A stretch of 64,000 nucleotides of DNA from Octopus vulgaris (GCA_951406725.2 OX597833.1:36580001-36644000), one strand, 5' to 3'. Numbered from the stretch's first letter, positions 26,659-41,390 are shown. Numbers and translations: made by a program. Notes: generated by a model not told the origin, from the sequence alone.

Positions 26659-26733
<75 letters not shown>

Positions 26734-26852
26734 CATCCATCTATATCTGTGGTATATCTATGTCTGTGGTCTATCTATCTATCTATCCATCTATATCTGT
26801 GGTCTATCTATATCTGTGGACTATCTATGTCTGTGGTCTATCTATCTATCTG

Positions 26853-26934
<82 letters not shown>

Positions 26935-27019
26935 CATGTAGCTATCTATTTGTCAGTCTATAGTCTATCAATCTATATATACATTTCCCTCTCTTCCTCT
27001 TTATGCACAAACCCACACA

Positions 27020-27088
<69 letters not shown>

Positions 27089-27733
27089 GTATATGTACAT
27101 ACGCAAACATATATATATATATGTACATACGCAAACATATATATATATATGTACATACGCAAACATATGTATACACGCATATAGAGAAGAAGAGAGAGAG
27201 AGAGAAAGAATGAGAGAGAAAGACACATGCAAAGTGATAGACAGACAGAGAAACGGACAGGCAGAAATATTATAGAAAGAGACATGGATACGAAATTACA
27301 TTTTAAAGTAAAAGAGCCTTGTGTTCATCTTGTCCGAGGCAGCCTCTCCTTATATCTATCTACCTATCAACCAGCTTGTGCTGGTTTTAATTCATCTGTG
27401 TATGAGAGGTAAGTATATCCGTAAACTCATACACGCATACCAAAATGTGCACACATCGCAGATATATGCGCACACATAAACATGCACGCACACACATACA
27501 CACAAACATACACACACGTACACACACACGAACACACAGAAAAGGGTGAAAAAGATATTAAATGGACTCTCCTAGAGAAATTATTTGAGCTTCTGTGATG
27601 TAAACAGTATTATGATAATATGATTGTATGCACATTATGTAATATGTGTGTGTCTACATATATAATTATGGTGTGTTTATATATGTAAATATGTGTGGAT
27701 ACATACATATATATATGAGTGTATGTGTGTGTG

Positions 27734-28223
<490 letters not shown>

Positions 28224-28423
28224 TAAACACATACATTTACATCTATCCATACGTAAGTATACGCATCTGAGTATGTATGCATGTAATTGTACGCATGTAC
28301 TCATTTAGAAAAAACATTTGTTGCTTCCACTATTTTGTTTTCATATTATTGCAGTATGCCTTAACCATCAACTGTAAAACAATACAGAAACGAGTTTAGA
28401 ATTGATGCGTGCATGTACATATG

Positions 28424-28850
28424 TGTAGTGGCTCTGCGGTAAGAAGCTTACTTCCCAATCACGCAGTTCTGGGTTCAGTCCCACTGGGTAGCACCTTGAG
28501 CAAGTGTCTTCCAGTATAGCCTCGGGTCAACCAAAGTCGACCTCGGCGTAATTTGAACCCAGTACGTAGTGGCAGACGAAATACTGCTAAGGATTTCGCC
28601 TGGCGAATTTGGTAGAGGATTTGGTAGACAGAAACTGAAAGAAGCCTGTCATATATGTATGGGTTTGTTTATCACTTGACAACCGATGTTGGTGTGTTTA
28701 CGTCCACGTAACTTAGCGGTTCGGCAAAGACACCGATAGAATAAGTACTAGGCTTACAATGAATAAGTCATTGGGTCGATTTGTTTGACTAAAGGCAGTG
28801 CTCCAACATGGTTGCAGTTAAATAACTGAAATAATTAAAAGAATAAGAAT
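28424..28850 (+). mobile_element. SINE family B interrupted by a 73-bp SINE A fragment (28533-28605)
   Basis: Head TGGCTCTGCGG...GGTTCAGTCCC, CACCTTGAGCAAGTG, tail AATAACTGAAATAATTAAAAGAATAA. Confidence 0.85.
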
Positions 28851-29163
28851 AAATGCATATATATACATACACATACATATATACACACACATGTATATAT
28901 ATATATATATATATACATATGTATATACATATATATATATATATGTATATATATACACATACATACATATATATATATGTATATATATATATTTGTGTAT
29001 ATATATATATATATATATATACACATACATACATATACATGTATTCAGACCAACAGATAGACAGACAGATAGACCAATCGCACACTTTCTGTTATACACA
29101 CATACGTACAAACATATACATGTACGCATATTCTCCCTAACTCAATCTCACCTTCACTATCTC

Positions 29164-29227
<64 letters not shown>

Positions 29228-29623
29228 ACACACTCATCACATTACATCACACACAAAGCGCTATGGTAAAAATACACTAACGTGCCAAAATTTTCACACT
29301 GTTACTTTTCACCTTTTCAGAGGATTTTCTTCCGTTGAAATTACAAGGTATGTGATATAATTTTGCTTTATATTTTGTGTGTGTGTGTGTATTTGTATGT
29401 ATGTATATGTATGTGTGTGTATATATATATATATATATATAGAAAGAGATAGATAGGTAGATAGATATACAAACACAGACGCATGTATGTATGTAGGTAG
29501 GTAGGCAGGGAGGCAGGCAGGTAGGTAGGTAGGTAGGTAGGTATGTAGGTAGGTAGGTAGGTAGGTAGGTAGGTAGGTAGGTAGGTAGGTAGGTTGGTAG
29601 GTGTATATGAATGTATATCGGTG

Positions 29624-29655
<32 letters not shown>

Positions 29656-29894
29656 TGTATGTATGTATGCATGCATGAATGTATGTAGGTATCTACAAAT
29701 ATGTAACACCAGATTATTCATACTACTACAGCTAAGCGAAACATATATGTATGTATACATATATTATACAGACACATACATACATTATTTCTATATATGT
29801 ATACATATATAATGCATGTGTATGTAGCTTTTGTGTTTTATATTCACAATATCACATGCTCACATCTGTACATGTGTTTGTGTATATACATATA

Positions 29895-29937
<43 letters not shown>

Positions 29938-30598
29938 CTCACACACAGGCACGCGCACATACACAGGCACGCGCACATACACAGGCACGCAATTATATAT
30001 TCATATATGCGTATACGTATATTAGTGTAAGCGATGAATGTGTGCGCATGGTTATTCACGGCGTGCGCATTTGCGTATGTATCTATGATGCGATGCTTCT
30101 GTTGACATAATCAGTAACATTATATAAATCTTTCCTACTTGGTCTGCTTTATTTTATATCATATTTTACATTCCATCACTATTTTAGTTTATATTACTTT
30201 TATTTTTCACTCTCTATGTTTTTTTAGCTTTCAATTATTTATTCATTACTTGCTATTCTTTCTGTATGGAGATTTGTTGGCGATTTTGTTTTTCTTCGAG
30301 TCCTTATTGATTAGGCTTATAACGAACATGCTGATTCTGATGGCACTCCCTATGATGTGGATATATACGGCTTTTAATAACAACACACATGTTGATAGCT
30401 TTTCGTATTGTTTATCTTTTTTTCTTATGATTTAATATACATTATGTAAGATTGTGTGTGTCTGTGTTTAGGCTCGTAGGCATCTGTGTACATGTGCGTC
30501 CGTATGTGCACTAAACAACGTTATAAACAGCGGCAGTAGTAATCATTCTACTTTCTCACTGTAAACCACTGCATGGCAGTCTACGAACGTAGATATTC

Positions 30599-30653
<55 letters not shown>

Positions 30654-30680
30654 TTTATTTAAAGCAGCAGAAAATTCAAC

Positions 30681-30726
30681 AAAACCTGTTACTCTGAGTT
30701 TCACGTTCCCGTTCGTCGGACAGTTT
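30681..30726 (-). ncRNA. minimal type I hammerhead motif (CCGACGA core) in the inverted arm
   Basis: Minus strand AAACTGT-CCGACGA-ACG-GGAA-CGT-GAAA-CTCAGAG-TA-ACAGGTTTT. Confidence 0.65.
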
Positions 30727-30739
30727 CTTCTAGCAAACA

Positions 30740-30782
30740 CTGTACGACGAACGGGAACGTGAAACTCAGAGTAACAGGTTTT
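30740..30782 (+). ncRNA. hammerhead motif with C3->A core mutation (probably dead)
   Basis: CTGT-ACGACGA-ACG-GGAA-CGT-GAAA-CTCAGAG-TA-ACAG. Confidence 0.5.
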
Positions 30783-31143
30783 GTTGAATTTTCTGCTGCT
30801 TTAAATAAAGCATATTACTCTACCACTGGTATTTGAGTACTCTTTTTTCCACCTTGTTTCACATTTATGTGTTTACTCCGGTATATATATATATATATAT
30901 ATTACATACATATATTACATACAGACACATATATGTAATATATAAATATTTATTTATATGTTTGCGTGTATGTGTGTGTGTATATATAGGTATGTATGTA
31001 TGTATATATATATGTACATACTTACGTATACATATATACACATACACTCAAGCATACACCCTTACATCATTATTAATCTTCATCGATCTTCCTTCTTTCT
31101 ACTTGTAACTGTTTGTCTCTCTAAGTAACAAACAATATGTATA

Positions 31144-31183
<40 letters not shown>

Positions 31184-31219
31184 TATATATATATACATGT
31201 ATGTATATGTATGTATATA

Positions 31220-31287
<68 letters not shown>

Positions 31288-31653
31288 TGTGTGTATATAT
31301 GTAGTGATGCAGTACGACCGTTTCAAGTATGTATGTATGTATAGATAGATAGATAGGTACGTATGCATGTATGTGTATCCAATTTTATATAATTATATAT
31401 ATATATATATATATATACACATACACACACACACAAATATCTGTGTGTGTGTATGTGTATGTGTTTATTGCTTTGGTTGTGGATGTGTTTCAGTGTGTGT
31501 GATAACTATCTACGTTTATCAACAAAGATAGCATTATCTTACAGTCATAATTTACTCATATTTGTACATAAAGATTCATATCGATATTACACCTAACACC
31601 GTTGCTCTCCATTTTAAACACTTTTTCTATCAATCCATCTATCTATCGAGGTC

Positions 31654-31702
<49 letters not shown>

Positions 31703-31938
31703 ATTTCTGTCTCTCTCTGACACTCGCATAGATTCATATCTAACTATATACAAATAGATATGTGTTTATACATTAATTAGGTGCCTGTGTGTATCTATGT
31801 GCATTCGTGTATGTTGCATACATTATGTGTGTATATCTGCGTGTGCATGTTATGCTAATATTATGCACATAAAAGGACGGCTAGCTATCTGTTGTATTCA
31901 GTCCTTGAAATCTAGGATCCAGACGCACTCTCTCTCTC

Positions 31939-32033
<95 letters not shown>

Positions 32034-32546
32034 TATACACACACTCGAGCGTTCGCACATCCCCTCATACACTCCTTCATATTTACAATAAAATATATGA
32101 ATGTTTCTAAATTCTCATAACAGCGCCTATCATTTTTACAAATACGTCTGAAATAGAAATTTGATATATTTCTAATTCAATGATACATCTATTTTCTTAC
32201 AATATACGAGATACATTACGAATAAAATAAATTATCACTTACTCATAACAATAATATTATTAATATAATAAATTCATGATAGTTATACACGGTTTAAAGG
32301 ACATATATAGAATCTTCTAAACTGTGACTTCTTAGACAAAGATACAATTTTATGGCACAGCTTGGATTATTACTCCTTCTAAACATTATTTACTATACAT
32401 ATTGAATGGTTGAATACAAAACATAACCTGAGATATGATGCGTGAGGACGTGAATAACGGTATTCATACGCTGCTAATGTAACGGTATGTTTGTGTTTGT
32501 GCGCACGCGTACACACTCGAGTATTTCTATATCTCGATGTACGAAT

Positions 32547-32586
<40 letters not shown>

Positions 32587-32634
32587 CTAAAATATAGACA
32601 GAAATAGTGATAAATTTATCAACTGTTATCTCGC

Positions 32635-32758
32635 AAGTTGGATGGACGGTCCGACGGACGGACGGACGGACGGACGAATGGATGGATGGATAGATGGATG
32701 GATCGGTAGTCATCTAGCTAGCTACCAAGACAGAAACACAGACATACAGACATACAGG

Positions 32759-32814
<56 letters not shown>

Positions 32815-32831
32815 CAGATAGACAGATAGAC

Positions 32832-32870
<39 letters not shown>

Positions 32871-32903
32871 CAGACATACAGACAGACAGACAGACAGACA
32901 GGC

Positions 32904-32934
<31 letters not shown>

Positions 32935-32935
32935 C

Positions 32936-33016
<81 letters not shown>
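32635..33016. repeat. (GGAC)n/(GATA)n/(GACA)n microsatellite cluster
   Basis: Directly visible. Confidence 0.95.
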
Positions 33017-33017
<1 letters not shown>

Positions 33018-33426
33018 ATCGGAGACATAGTACTACAAGACTATACAATAAACAGGGTTAATTATCATACACACACCAACATACGAAGACGTGCGCATAT
33101 ACGAATGTCCACAAAGAAATGAGCCTAACAGATAAGAATTTCGCTTCTCAAATTGGAGGTCCGTTGTATGTTAGGCAAATGTTAGTTTCTACCAATCTGA
33201 AGCCGACTCCTACCATCTCAATAAAGCTAGGAGGACAAAACCTATGTAGAAGCCTATCGGGTGGATTGTACATATAACTCAAAGGTACATCTTGTCACAC
33301 GCCGTCACGTTGGTTCTATATTAGAATTACGTCGGCTGCACATGTCTATGGGATGGATAATTCAAGAGCAGATAACTGACTTGAAGTTTGAACAGAATCT
33401 TCATTGTCAAACGACGCAGACCCTTT

Positions 33427-33687
33427 GTATGTATGTATGTATGTATGTATGTATGTATGTATGTATGTATGTATGTATGTACGTACGTACGTACGTATAT
33501 ATGTATGTATGTATGTACGTATGTATGTATGTATGTATGTACGTACGTACGTATGTATGTACGTATGTATGTATGTATGTATGTATGTACGTACGTATGT
33601 ATGTATGTATGTATGTATGTATGTATGTATGTATGTATGTGTGTTTGCATGCATGTATGTATGTATGTATGTATAGACAGATAGATT

Positions 33688-33764
<77 letters not shown>
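33427..33764. repeat. (GTAT)n/(GTAC)n then (GATA)n microsatellite
   Basis: Directly visible. Confidence 0.95.
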
Positions 33765-33769
33765 TTAAT

Positions 33770-33945
33770 ATTTTATATTTTAATTGTTTCAGTCACTAGA
33801 TTATGGACATGCTCGAACAGTGCCTCGAAGTGTTAAGACGAATAAATCGATCCAGTACTTATTTCTTAAGTCTGGTACTTACTCTGTCGCTCTCTTTAAT
33901 TGAACCGTTAACATAAACGAAGCAACACCGGTTGTCGATCTAGGG
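33770..33945 (-). mobile_element. degenerate SINE family B 3' half
   Basis: tgtttcagtca...aaatcgatccagtacttat...tggtacttactct...acaccggttgtc. Confidence 0.65.
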
Positions 33946-33976
33946 TGAGTGGTTCGCACACACACATATATATATG

Positions 33977-34034
<58 letters not shown>

Positions 34035-34042
34035 TATGTTTA

Positions 34043-34087
<45 letters not shown>

Positions 34088-34995
34088 ATATATACATGTA
34101 TATACATATACACGTACATACATGTATACATGTATATATATATATATATACATTATATATACAAGGACGCTTTATCTATTTCTCTATTATTATTAGAAAC
34201 GAGTAAAGTGACTTATGACCATCCCTGCACAAACACACACACACACACACACACACATAATGAAATGGGAAATATGCTCGTGTGTATGTCTTCATGAGTT
34301 AGTGAATATGTGTACGTGCGTATGCGTTGGGAAACTGGTTTATTTCCTCATATCTAAACGTTTCCTTCGACTGACATCAGCTGTACTTGTTGGTGAGTTT
34401 GGAATTGCTTCAGTCTGACAGATGTCGAGTTAATGTAAACCGCACGAAACCTTTACTTGTAAGAAATCATACGATTTATCCTAAACACACAAATATTACA
34501 CACACACACTTCACACATTCAACACAAGTGCGGGAAAATCTGTTTTTGTGCATGCGCTGTGGGAAGGGTGTTCGCGTGTGTACACGTGTGAATGTTGAGG
34601 CATAACGTGTGATGGTAAAATAGTGATAATTTGACCTTGACCCAGTCCAACACATGTTGGGAAAATCTGATCCGATGGACCTCTGTAGTGCACTACTACG
34701 TATTTTATCGAACACAGAATGATAAAATACAAAACTCAACATTAAGTGAATGTGGAGTCTGAAGGAAAGGGACGTATTGAAATACTAAAAGGCATGACCT
34801 CCGACACTCAGTCACTGGAATACAATCACTAACTTCAAATATTTACTTTATTATTTTGTTGATCATTTTATTGGTCTAATAAAAAGATGTGCCCTAGCTA
34901 TGACTTTAAAACTGCATTCAGTAATGAAGCCCTGTTTCGGGAATGTGGAACCATCTCGAAGTCACTATTTTTTCCAAGTCTACTCCGACCCAGTG

Positions 34996-35235
34996 TAGCA
35001 CTGGGGTCGATGTAATCGACTTTATCCCTCCCACTGAGTTTCAACCCTTGTGTTTATAGTAGAAAGGATTATTATTATTGCAAAGATGTATGGACAAGTG
35101 GTTATGGTGTTGCACTCACAATGGCAAGATCGAGTTTCAATTCCTAGACCGGGTGGTGCGTTGTGTTCTTCATCTCACGTTGCTCTGCGATAACCTCGAC
35201 ACCTGACAAATGATACACCATACACCTATTCAGGC
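34996..35235 (+). mobile_element. SINE A 3' fragment (tail type 2, (ATT)n) followed by a degenerate tRNA-derived SINE head
   Basis: cactggggtcgatgtaatcgact...ccttgtgtttatagtagaaaggattattatt, then tggacaagtgg...gagtttcaattcctagaccggg. Confidence 0.6.
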
Positions 35236-35249
35236 AACGTCGATTTATT

Positions 35250-36070
35250 GTGAAAGCTCAAAAGTATACAATAACGCTAGAGATCAAGAAGATTTATAAG
35301 CTATACTTTGAATGTCCTCTTGAAGATCAGGACAAGTTACGGGCACTACATTTTATCTGCTCAGCTTGCTCAAATGGCTTACGTGACTGGTTCAATAAGA
35401 AGTTAGGGTTAGGCTTTTTGCCATTCCAATGCCATTTTGTCATTCCAATGATAAGGACGGAGCCGAAAGACCATTTTAATGACTGTTATTTTTGCAAAGT
35501 AAATGTCACAAGATTTTTTATGAAGAACAAACGCAAAATTGTGTATCCCAATTTGGATTCTGCAATGAGACCTGTGCCTCACAATGGAAGCCTGCCAATT
35601 CCAGTTCCACCAGATGATGGTATTGAAACATAAAATGCTGATGCTGACTGTGACGATAGTCCTGCTGAGGAAGATTATGTGGCTGATGACGATAGCTTTG
35701 AACCTCAGAAATTTTCCCAAGCTGAACTGAATGACCTTCTCAGAGACCTATCCCTCTCAAAAGATAAAGCAGAACTGTTGGCATCAAGACTGAAGGAGAA
35801 AGCACGTTGTTCGTATAACCTATTTTCGGCAGAGAAATGTGGTTCTACAAACGTGTTTTTCTGTTGAAGACCCGCTTTGCTTTTGCAGTAACATCGATGA
35901 ACTTTTTGAATGTTTATCACAAAATCATGATCCTGCAGAGAGGATTTGTTTATTGACTCTTCAAAACGAAGTTTAAAAGCTGTACCTCTCCATAATGGTA
36001 ATTTGAAGCCCTCCATTCCTATTGCACACTCTGTTCATCTTCATGAATCATATGAGAACATGGAACTTTT
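35250..36070 (+). pseudogene. DNA transposase remnant, probably Chapaev3-like (CMC superfamily)
   Basis: YKLYFECPLEDQDK..HFICSAC...PMIRTEPKDHFNDCYFC...YPNLDSAMRPVPH, FSQAELNDLLRDLSLSKDKAELLASRL, LFIDSSKRSLKAVPLHNGNLKPSIPIAHSVHLHESYENM; stops and frameshifts. The family name is recalled from motifs, not from a search. Confidence 0.7.
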
Positions 36071-36699
36071 ACGTCATGAAAACCTTTCTACACTGCTAGA
36101 AATAAAAAAAACATTCTGAAAGAAAAATTGGTTTAGGATGTGGTTGGAAATTTTTGATTCACCGACCGAACAGAGATACAAGCAGAGGATTATTTGCCGG
36201 TGGTAGGGAGAGTAGAGGACTAGAGGACCTCGGTGCTACATTTATAAAAACACTATCTCAAAGCATTCTCTCCTCAACAACAACAAACAATAACAGCTGA
36301 AAGAAGTCCTCCGTTACTGCCAATGCCGCAATTTTACCACTAATATCTTACAGCAGCAGCCACTACGCCACAAACAACAGCATGCAACTTCAGAACGGTG
36401 TTTGTAGCATCAGCTACAAAACGGGAAGCATCTACAGTCACAACAACTACAACACACCAAGAGTGGAATCAACAGCAGCAAGAGCAACAAAAGAACTGTC
36501 GTCCTTAAGAGTCATCACATGAATAAAAACAACAGCAACTGAAAGTCATCCCCAAACACCAACTGCAACAAATCAAAAAGACTATGAAATTCCACCAAGA
36601 CACTCAGATATTGCCATGTGATGAAGGTAGTGGTGTGAAGCCTAAATGTTTACTAGAAACCGAACACTTCTCTCCGGTGAACCACATTCTGGATTAGAG

Positions 36700-37350
36700 A
36701 ACCCGTTGAGATGGATTTTACTGGGTAGGAGAGCTGTTGTTATTTGGACTGTGATATCGGCAATAAAGAGAACCTACTCTTTTTTGGGGTTTTTTTTTGT
36801 TCAGAACAGAGAACTCTAAAGTGGATCTCCATAACAACACGTAGTTCCACTCCATTGGACAGGTGGATAATATTTGAAATCTTTTCCACATCTGGTTTGA
36901 TCCGGGAGAGTATCTCCACTATGGTACCAAACTAAAACTCCCTTTCCGTTCATTTTGCTTCAAGGGTATCACTGTCTTCCAAAATAATACATGCCATCAG
37001 CCACCAGATATCTAACCCAGGTTGGAACTCAATCTTAACGCCACAGACCGTTCACTGCGAAAGATTGTCTCTTGAAGAAGACCTCCCGTTCTTGAAATGC
37101 TTTGCTCTGGTCACCTGATCTATGTCGTAGCATATTCCTTTGAGAATTCTTTTCAACTCTGTATGTATAGCTGGTTCTAGGCGTCAGGCTTTACCTGACA
37201 CACATCAATACACCACTGACTTTCGGGCAGTTGCAGCCACAACCACGGCTAGAATGGTAACTTGTGCTCTTTTTTTATTCACTTTCATAAACTGTTTCGC
37301 CTGGCTCAGCTGTGACTCCTTGTCAATCAGGGAGAGCGAGAAGTATTGTG
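36700..37350 (-). mobile_element. possible decayed retroelement ORF1-like sequence
   Basis: Non-repetitive, moderate-GC block with broken minus-strand frames (GTIVEILSRIKPDVEKISNIIHLSNGVELRVVME); no diagnostic motif. Confidence 0.2.
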
Positions 37351-38069
37351 TTGGATTCGCCGTCACTCCAGCAAAAGATTGCCGTCTCCTAGAGTCGCTC
37401 TACCGCTTACTTCGTCGTCGACGTCGTCATCGTTATACTTGTTGCTGTGCCTGCTGCTGTCGTTGTCATAGTTGCTGCTACTATCTCTGTTGTGGTTACT
37501 GTTGTAACTGCTGGTATAGGTAAAACCGTTGTTGTTACCGCTCATCGTCAATTTCTTCTATTTTTCCTTGAGCTGCCTCAAACCACGTCACACTCATCGA
37601 ATCATAAGATTTGCAAAAGATGGAATGTTGTAGTCTTTGCTGGAAATGATAACGGGGTTGTTGTATTGCTGTTTGCAACATTTATTTTCCATTCCTATAT
37701 CTTTCCAATACTGTTCTATCTATCTTCCATGTAAGTGTACAACTGTATTTAAGCTGAAGATCTGTCTGTTGGTTTGAAGTTTTCCATTATCTGTCTTTTC
37801 GTTGGAAAATAATTTGAGGGATTTGTTTGCTTACGTTAGGGTTACTACTGCTGCCTCCACTATGATGAGCATCTCTTATGGTTATCTCTGCGGCGTCTAT
37901 CTTATAATACATATAAACATTGCAAATGGTAATTTTCCCAAAATATGTACACAGTTAAGATTGTGCAAAGACTAACTGTTCTCTTCTAGGCAATCTGGGA
38001 CACTCTCAAACAATCCAAAACCCTTCTGTGAGTAAACATAGAACAACAACAACAACAACAACAACAACA

Positions 38070-38070
<1 letters not shown>

Positions 38071-38104
<34 letters not shown>

Positions 38105-38287
38105 GCTGAAACTTTGGCGGGAGGGGAATAGTCGATTACATTGACTCCAGTGTTTCACTGGTACTTAATTTATCGACCCCGAAAGGATGAAAGGCAAAGT
38201 CGACGTCGGCGGAACTCAGAACATAAAGACAGGTGAAATCTGCTAATCATTTTGTCTGGTGTGCTAACGGTTCTGCCAGATGACCAC
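38071..38287 (-). mobile_element. SINE family A, tail type 2 with (TTA)n/(TTG)n tail
   Basis: gtcgattacattgactccagt...atcgaccccgaaaggatgaaaggcaaagtcgac...ttctgccag. Confidence 0.8.
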
Positions 38288-38629
38288 TTTCATATAATAA
38301 CACTAAAATAATGGAAAAAAAAAACGGAAATGAGATAACCTTCTCTAAGGGTATTTTATGTGTAAATCACTAATATAATAACTGTTTTGTTTTTTTGACC
38401 CTCCAGTTTCTCGTAAATTACCATCTTTCTTACGTTAAATACAGTGATGGTTCCGTAGGAATTGAATGCAGACAGGATTGGACCGAAACTGACAACTCTG
38501 AAAGTTATGAACGGATCTTGATATAATTTTAATGGCGTGTTCCTAAAGTATTTTTCAACCTAACCTATGAACATTATAAAAGCACACTCAATATTTATAT
38601 AGTTATATGTGCCCAAACCCGTGGTAAAT

Positions 38630-38910
38630 CTGACAAGAAACCGCCCCTCTTCACCCAGCTTGAACTCAATGATCTAGTTCGTGATCTAGCACTTACTAAG
38701 CAACAGAAGGAGGTCCTGGCCTCACGTCTGCCACAATGGAACCTGTTGGATAAAGATGCTCGAATTACAATATTTAGGAAGCGTTCTGCAGATCTACAGT
38801 AATTCTTCACTTTGGTAAACAACTTGACTTATTGTAATGATATCGGAGACCAATTCAGTGCCCTTGAGCTGACCTATGAACCAAATGAGTGGAGGTTATT
38901 CATAGATGCA
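38630..38910 (+). pseudogene. second, divergent Chapaev3-like transposase fragment
   Basis: PLFTQLELNDLVRDLALTKQQKEVLASRLPQWNLL...FRKR..*FF...YCNDI...YEPNEWRLFID; not represented in the ORF track because of a stop. Confidence 0.7.
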
Positions 38911-39019
38911 TAGATGACTCATTTCCTCTGTACTAGTCTACCTAGCTCTCACTCTATTCTAAATTCTACTGAATGAATGTACGAATGGTTATAACTGCAA
39001 CGGGACAAATAAAAAAATA

Positions 39020-40340
39020 TCTCTACATAAATGGGCTTTATAATATTTAAAAAAGATAATAAGAAGCTTGTTTATGAATTCAGCCAAGACATAGAAATGA
39101 TAATCGTATTGCACAAATATGCCAAAAGGCAAATTAACTAAGCTGAGAACATTAAATTAAATTCAGGTACTAAAATCAAAGACTTTGAACAGAACTACCT
39201 ACATAATTATTCAGTAATAGATGAAATTGATAATATGCAATCCATCGAAATGAAGGAAAAATTGGAAAAAAGCTCTTCACTGCTGAAAATAATAGGTATA
39301 CAAAGACCAATCATCCCAATTATGCACTACTTCTTGAATAAAATAAACTGGATGTGAAATGATTTGGAGAATTCAGAAAACAAGAAGCTACTAACAACGT
39401 TCTGAATCCAACACTCAAATCTGATACAATTCGGATATACTTACCCAGTCTTGCAAGAGAATCATCATCTGATAAAAACTGTAAACTGCTACAAAATAAC
39501 AGCAGTAGGACTATAAAAATACTTAGAAGCCATGCGAGGAAAACCGGTTAGCACGATAAGGAAAAAAAATTCTCTATGAGATAAGTAATAAAATGCAAAC
39601 TAGAAGACAAACATTAAAAGTAAATTCCGAAAGAAATAAATGGAGAGAAAAAGCATTTTGTGTACAACAGCCTGCAAGATTCAACAGTAATGAGGTAAGA
39701 CAGAAAGACAATACGACTAAAAAGTTCTGAGCTAAAAGTAGAAAGATAATCTAATTAGAAAATTCTAAATGAAGGTTTAAAGTAGAAAGAAAAGGCACGG
39801 GACAAATAACTAGCCACAAATAATTAGCAAACTAAAATAATAAAAATATGTTACTATCATGTACAGACAGTGCAACAAGTATCACGTGACAGTCGACCAC
39901 ATCATATCCGACTGCTCAGTTCTAGCGAATCCAAATATATTTACAAAACGATCGATGTGGCAGTTCTGTCCACTGGGCAATAAAAGTGACACACGTCGAC
40001 ATGAAATCGGATAAGAAATTGCATAAGTATGTACTACGTTAAAAACGATACATATCAACACACTGGTTGCACTCGTCTTGGACACACCTGTCCAGAGTAA
40101 TTAGGAGACATTAGCGATTCGTGCAGGTATAATTACCAAGTATTGAAACAAAAAAATGCCTATATTCTTATAGGATAACGCGAATCTTTCTAACCAAACA
40201 TTACCCGGAAGAAAGTAGACACTTACCAATTGCCAAAATGCAAAGATTTTGAAACCGAAGTAAGTAGGACATGAGGCATAGCATTGAAAACAGTGTCAAT
40301 AACAACTGGAATATTAAATATGATAAAAACATTATGAATG
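39020..40340 (+). mobile_element. highly decayed R4/Dong-like (RLE-type) non-LTR retrotransposon
   Basis: Traces in order: EFSQDIEM..LHKYAK, MKEKL, IPIMHY..KINW, KSDTIRIYLP, C..C...VTVDHIISDCSVLA (zinc knuckle), KCKDFETEVSR (RLE C-terminus). Confidence 0.65.
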
Positions 40341-40871
40341 CAAACACAAAACCCATTCCAGTACCCTCCTGCATACAACATCCATCCTATACAACAGCCA
40401 CTCAATAAAATGACACAATTCACACAACTCTCCATGGAATCACTGCCAAAATATATATGAGAGACATATTCTACACAATCACTTGTCAATAGAATAACGC
40501 TATTCTCTTATATAATCAATACCAGATATTTAACACCATATTATCTGGTGATGTGGCCTTACAGACTTTTAGTAAGGTATGGATGTCACACAACTTGTGT
40601 GTTTTAATATACCCAAAGCAAAATCATACCCATGCATGTGCAAACAACACACAACCACACTAGTGCGCGTATTACATGAACACACATACATGTATGTTTG
40701 TATGTGCGTGTGCTTAGATGTATATGTGTATAACCGTAAGGGCGTATGTTTCAACATGTATTTTGAGAGTGGCTGTCGATGGGTACGAGAATGTGCGTGT
40801 ATATCCGCGCACGAACATACGTGTATGCTTATGCATACACGCATATGTTTGTAAATATATATGAGTTTGAA

Positions 40872-41097
40872 GGCGGTGAGCTGGCAGAAACGTGAGCACG
40901 CCGGGCGAAATGCGTAGCGGTATTTCGTCCGCCGTTACGTTCTGAGTTCAAATTCCGCCGAGGTCGACTTTGCTTTTATTCCTTTCGGAGTCGATAAATA
41001 AAGTACCACTTACGCACTGGGGTCGATGTAATCGACTTAATCCATTTGTCTGTCCTTGTTTGTCCCCTCTATGTTTAGCCCCTTGTGGGTAATAAAG
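40872..41097 (+). mobile_element. SINE family A, full length with 19-bp TSD
   Basis: AAATATATATGAGTTTGAA at 40853-40871 and 41098-41116. Confidence 0.95.
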
Positions 41098-41189
41098 AAA
41101 TATATATGAGTTTGAATTTGGGGTTATGCATGCGCCAAAGTACTTGTGTCTTTCTGCTTAAATGTATATGCGGTTATGTGGATATGGTT

Positions 41190-41194
41190 ATATG

Positions 41195-41233
<39 letters not shown>

Positions 41234-41390
41234 ATGTATGTATGTATGTATGTATGTATGCATGCATGCATGCATGCATGCATGTATGTATGTATGCATG
41301 TATGTATGTATGTATGTATGTGTATATGCATGTATGTATGTATGCATGCATGTATGCATGTATGTATGCATGTATGTATGTATGTATGTA

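Larger units (their letters stand above)
30653..30881 (+). mobile_element. PLE-like element family P1 with inverted partial pseudo-LTR
   Basis: 30653-30724 is the reverse complement of 30739-30810 (1 mismatch) with a 14-nt spacer, followed by a 71-nt unpaired 3' extension; flanked by (TA)n. Confidence 0.8.
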
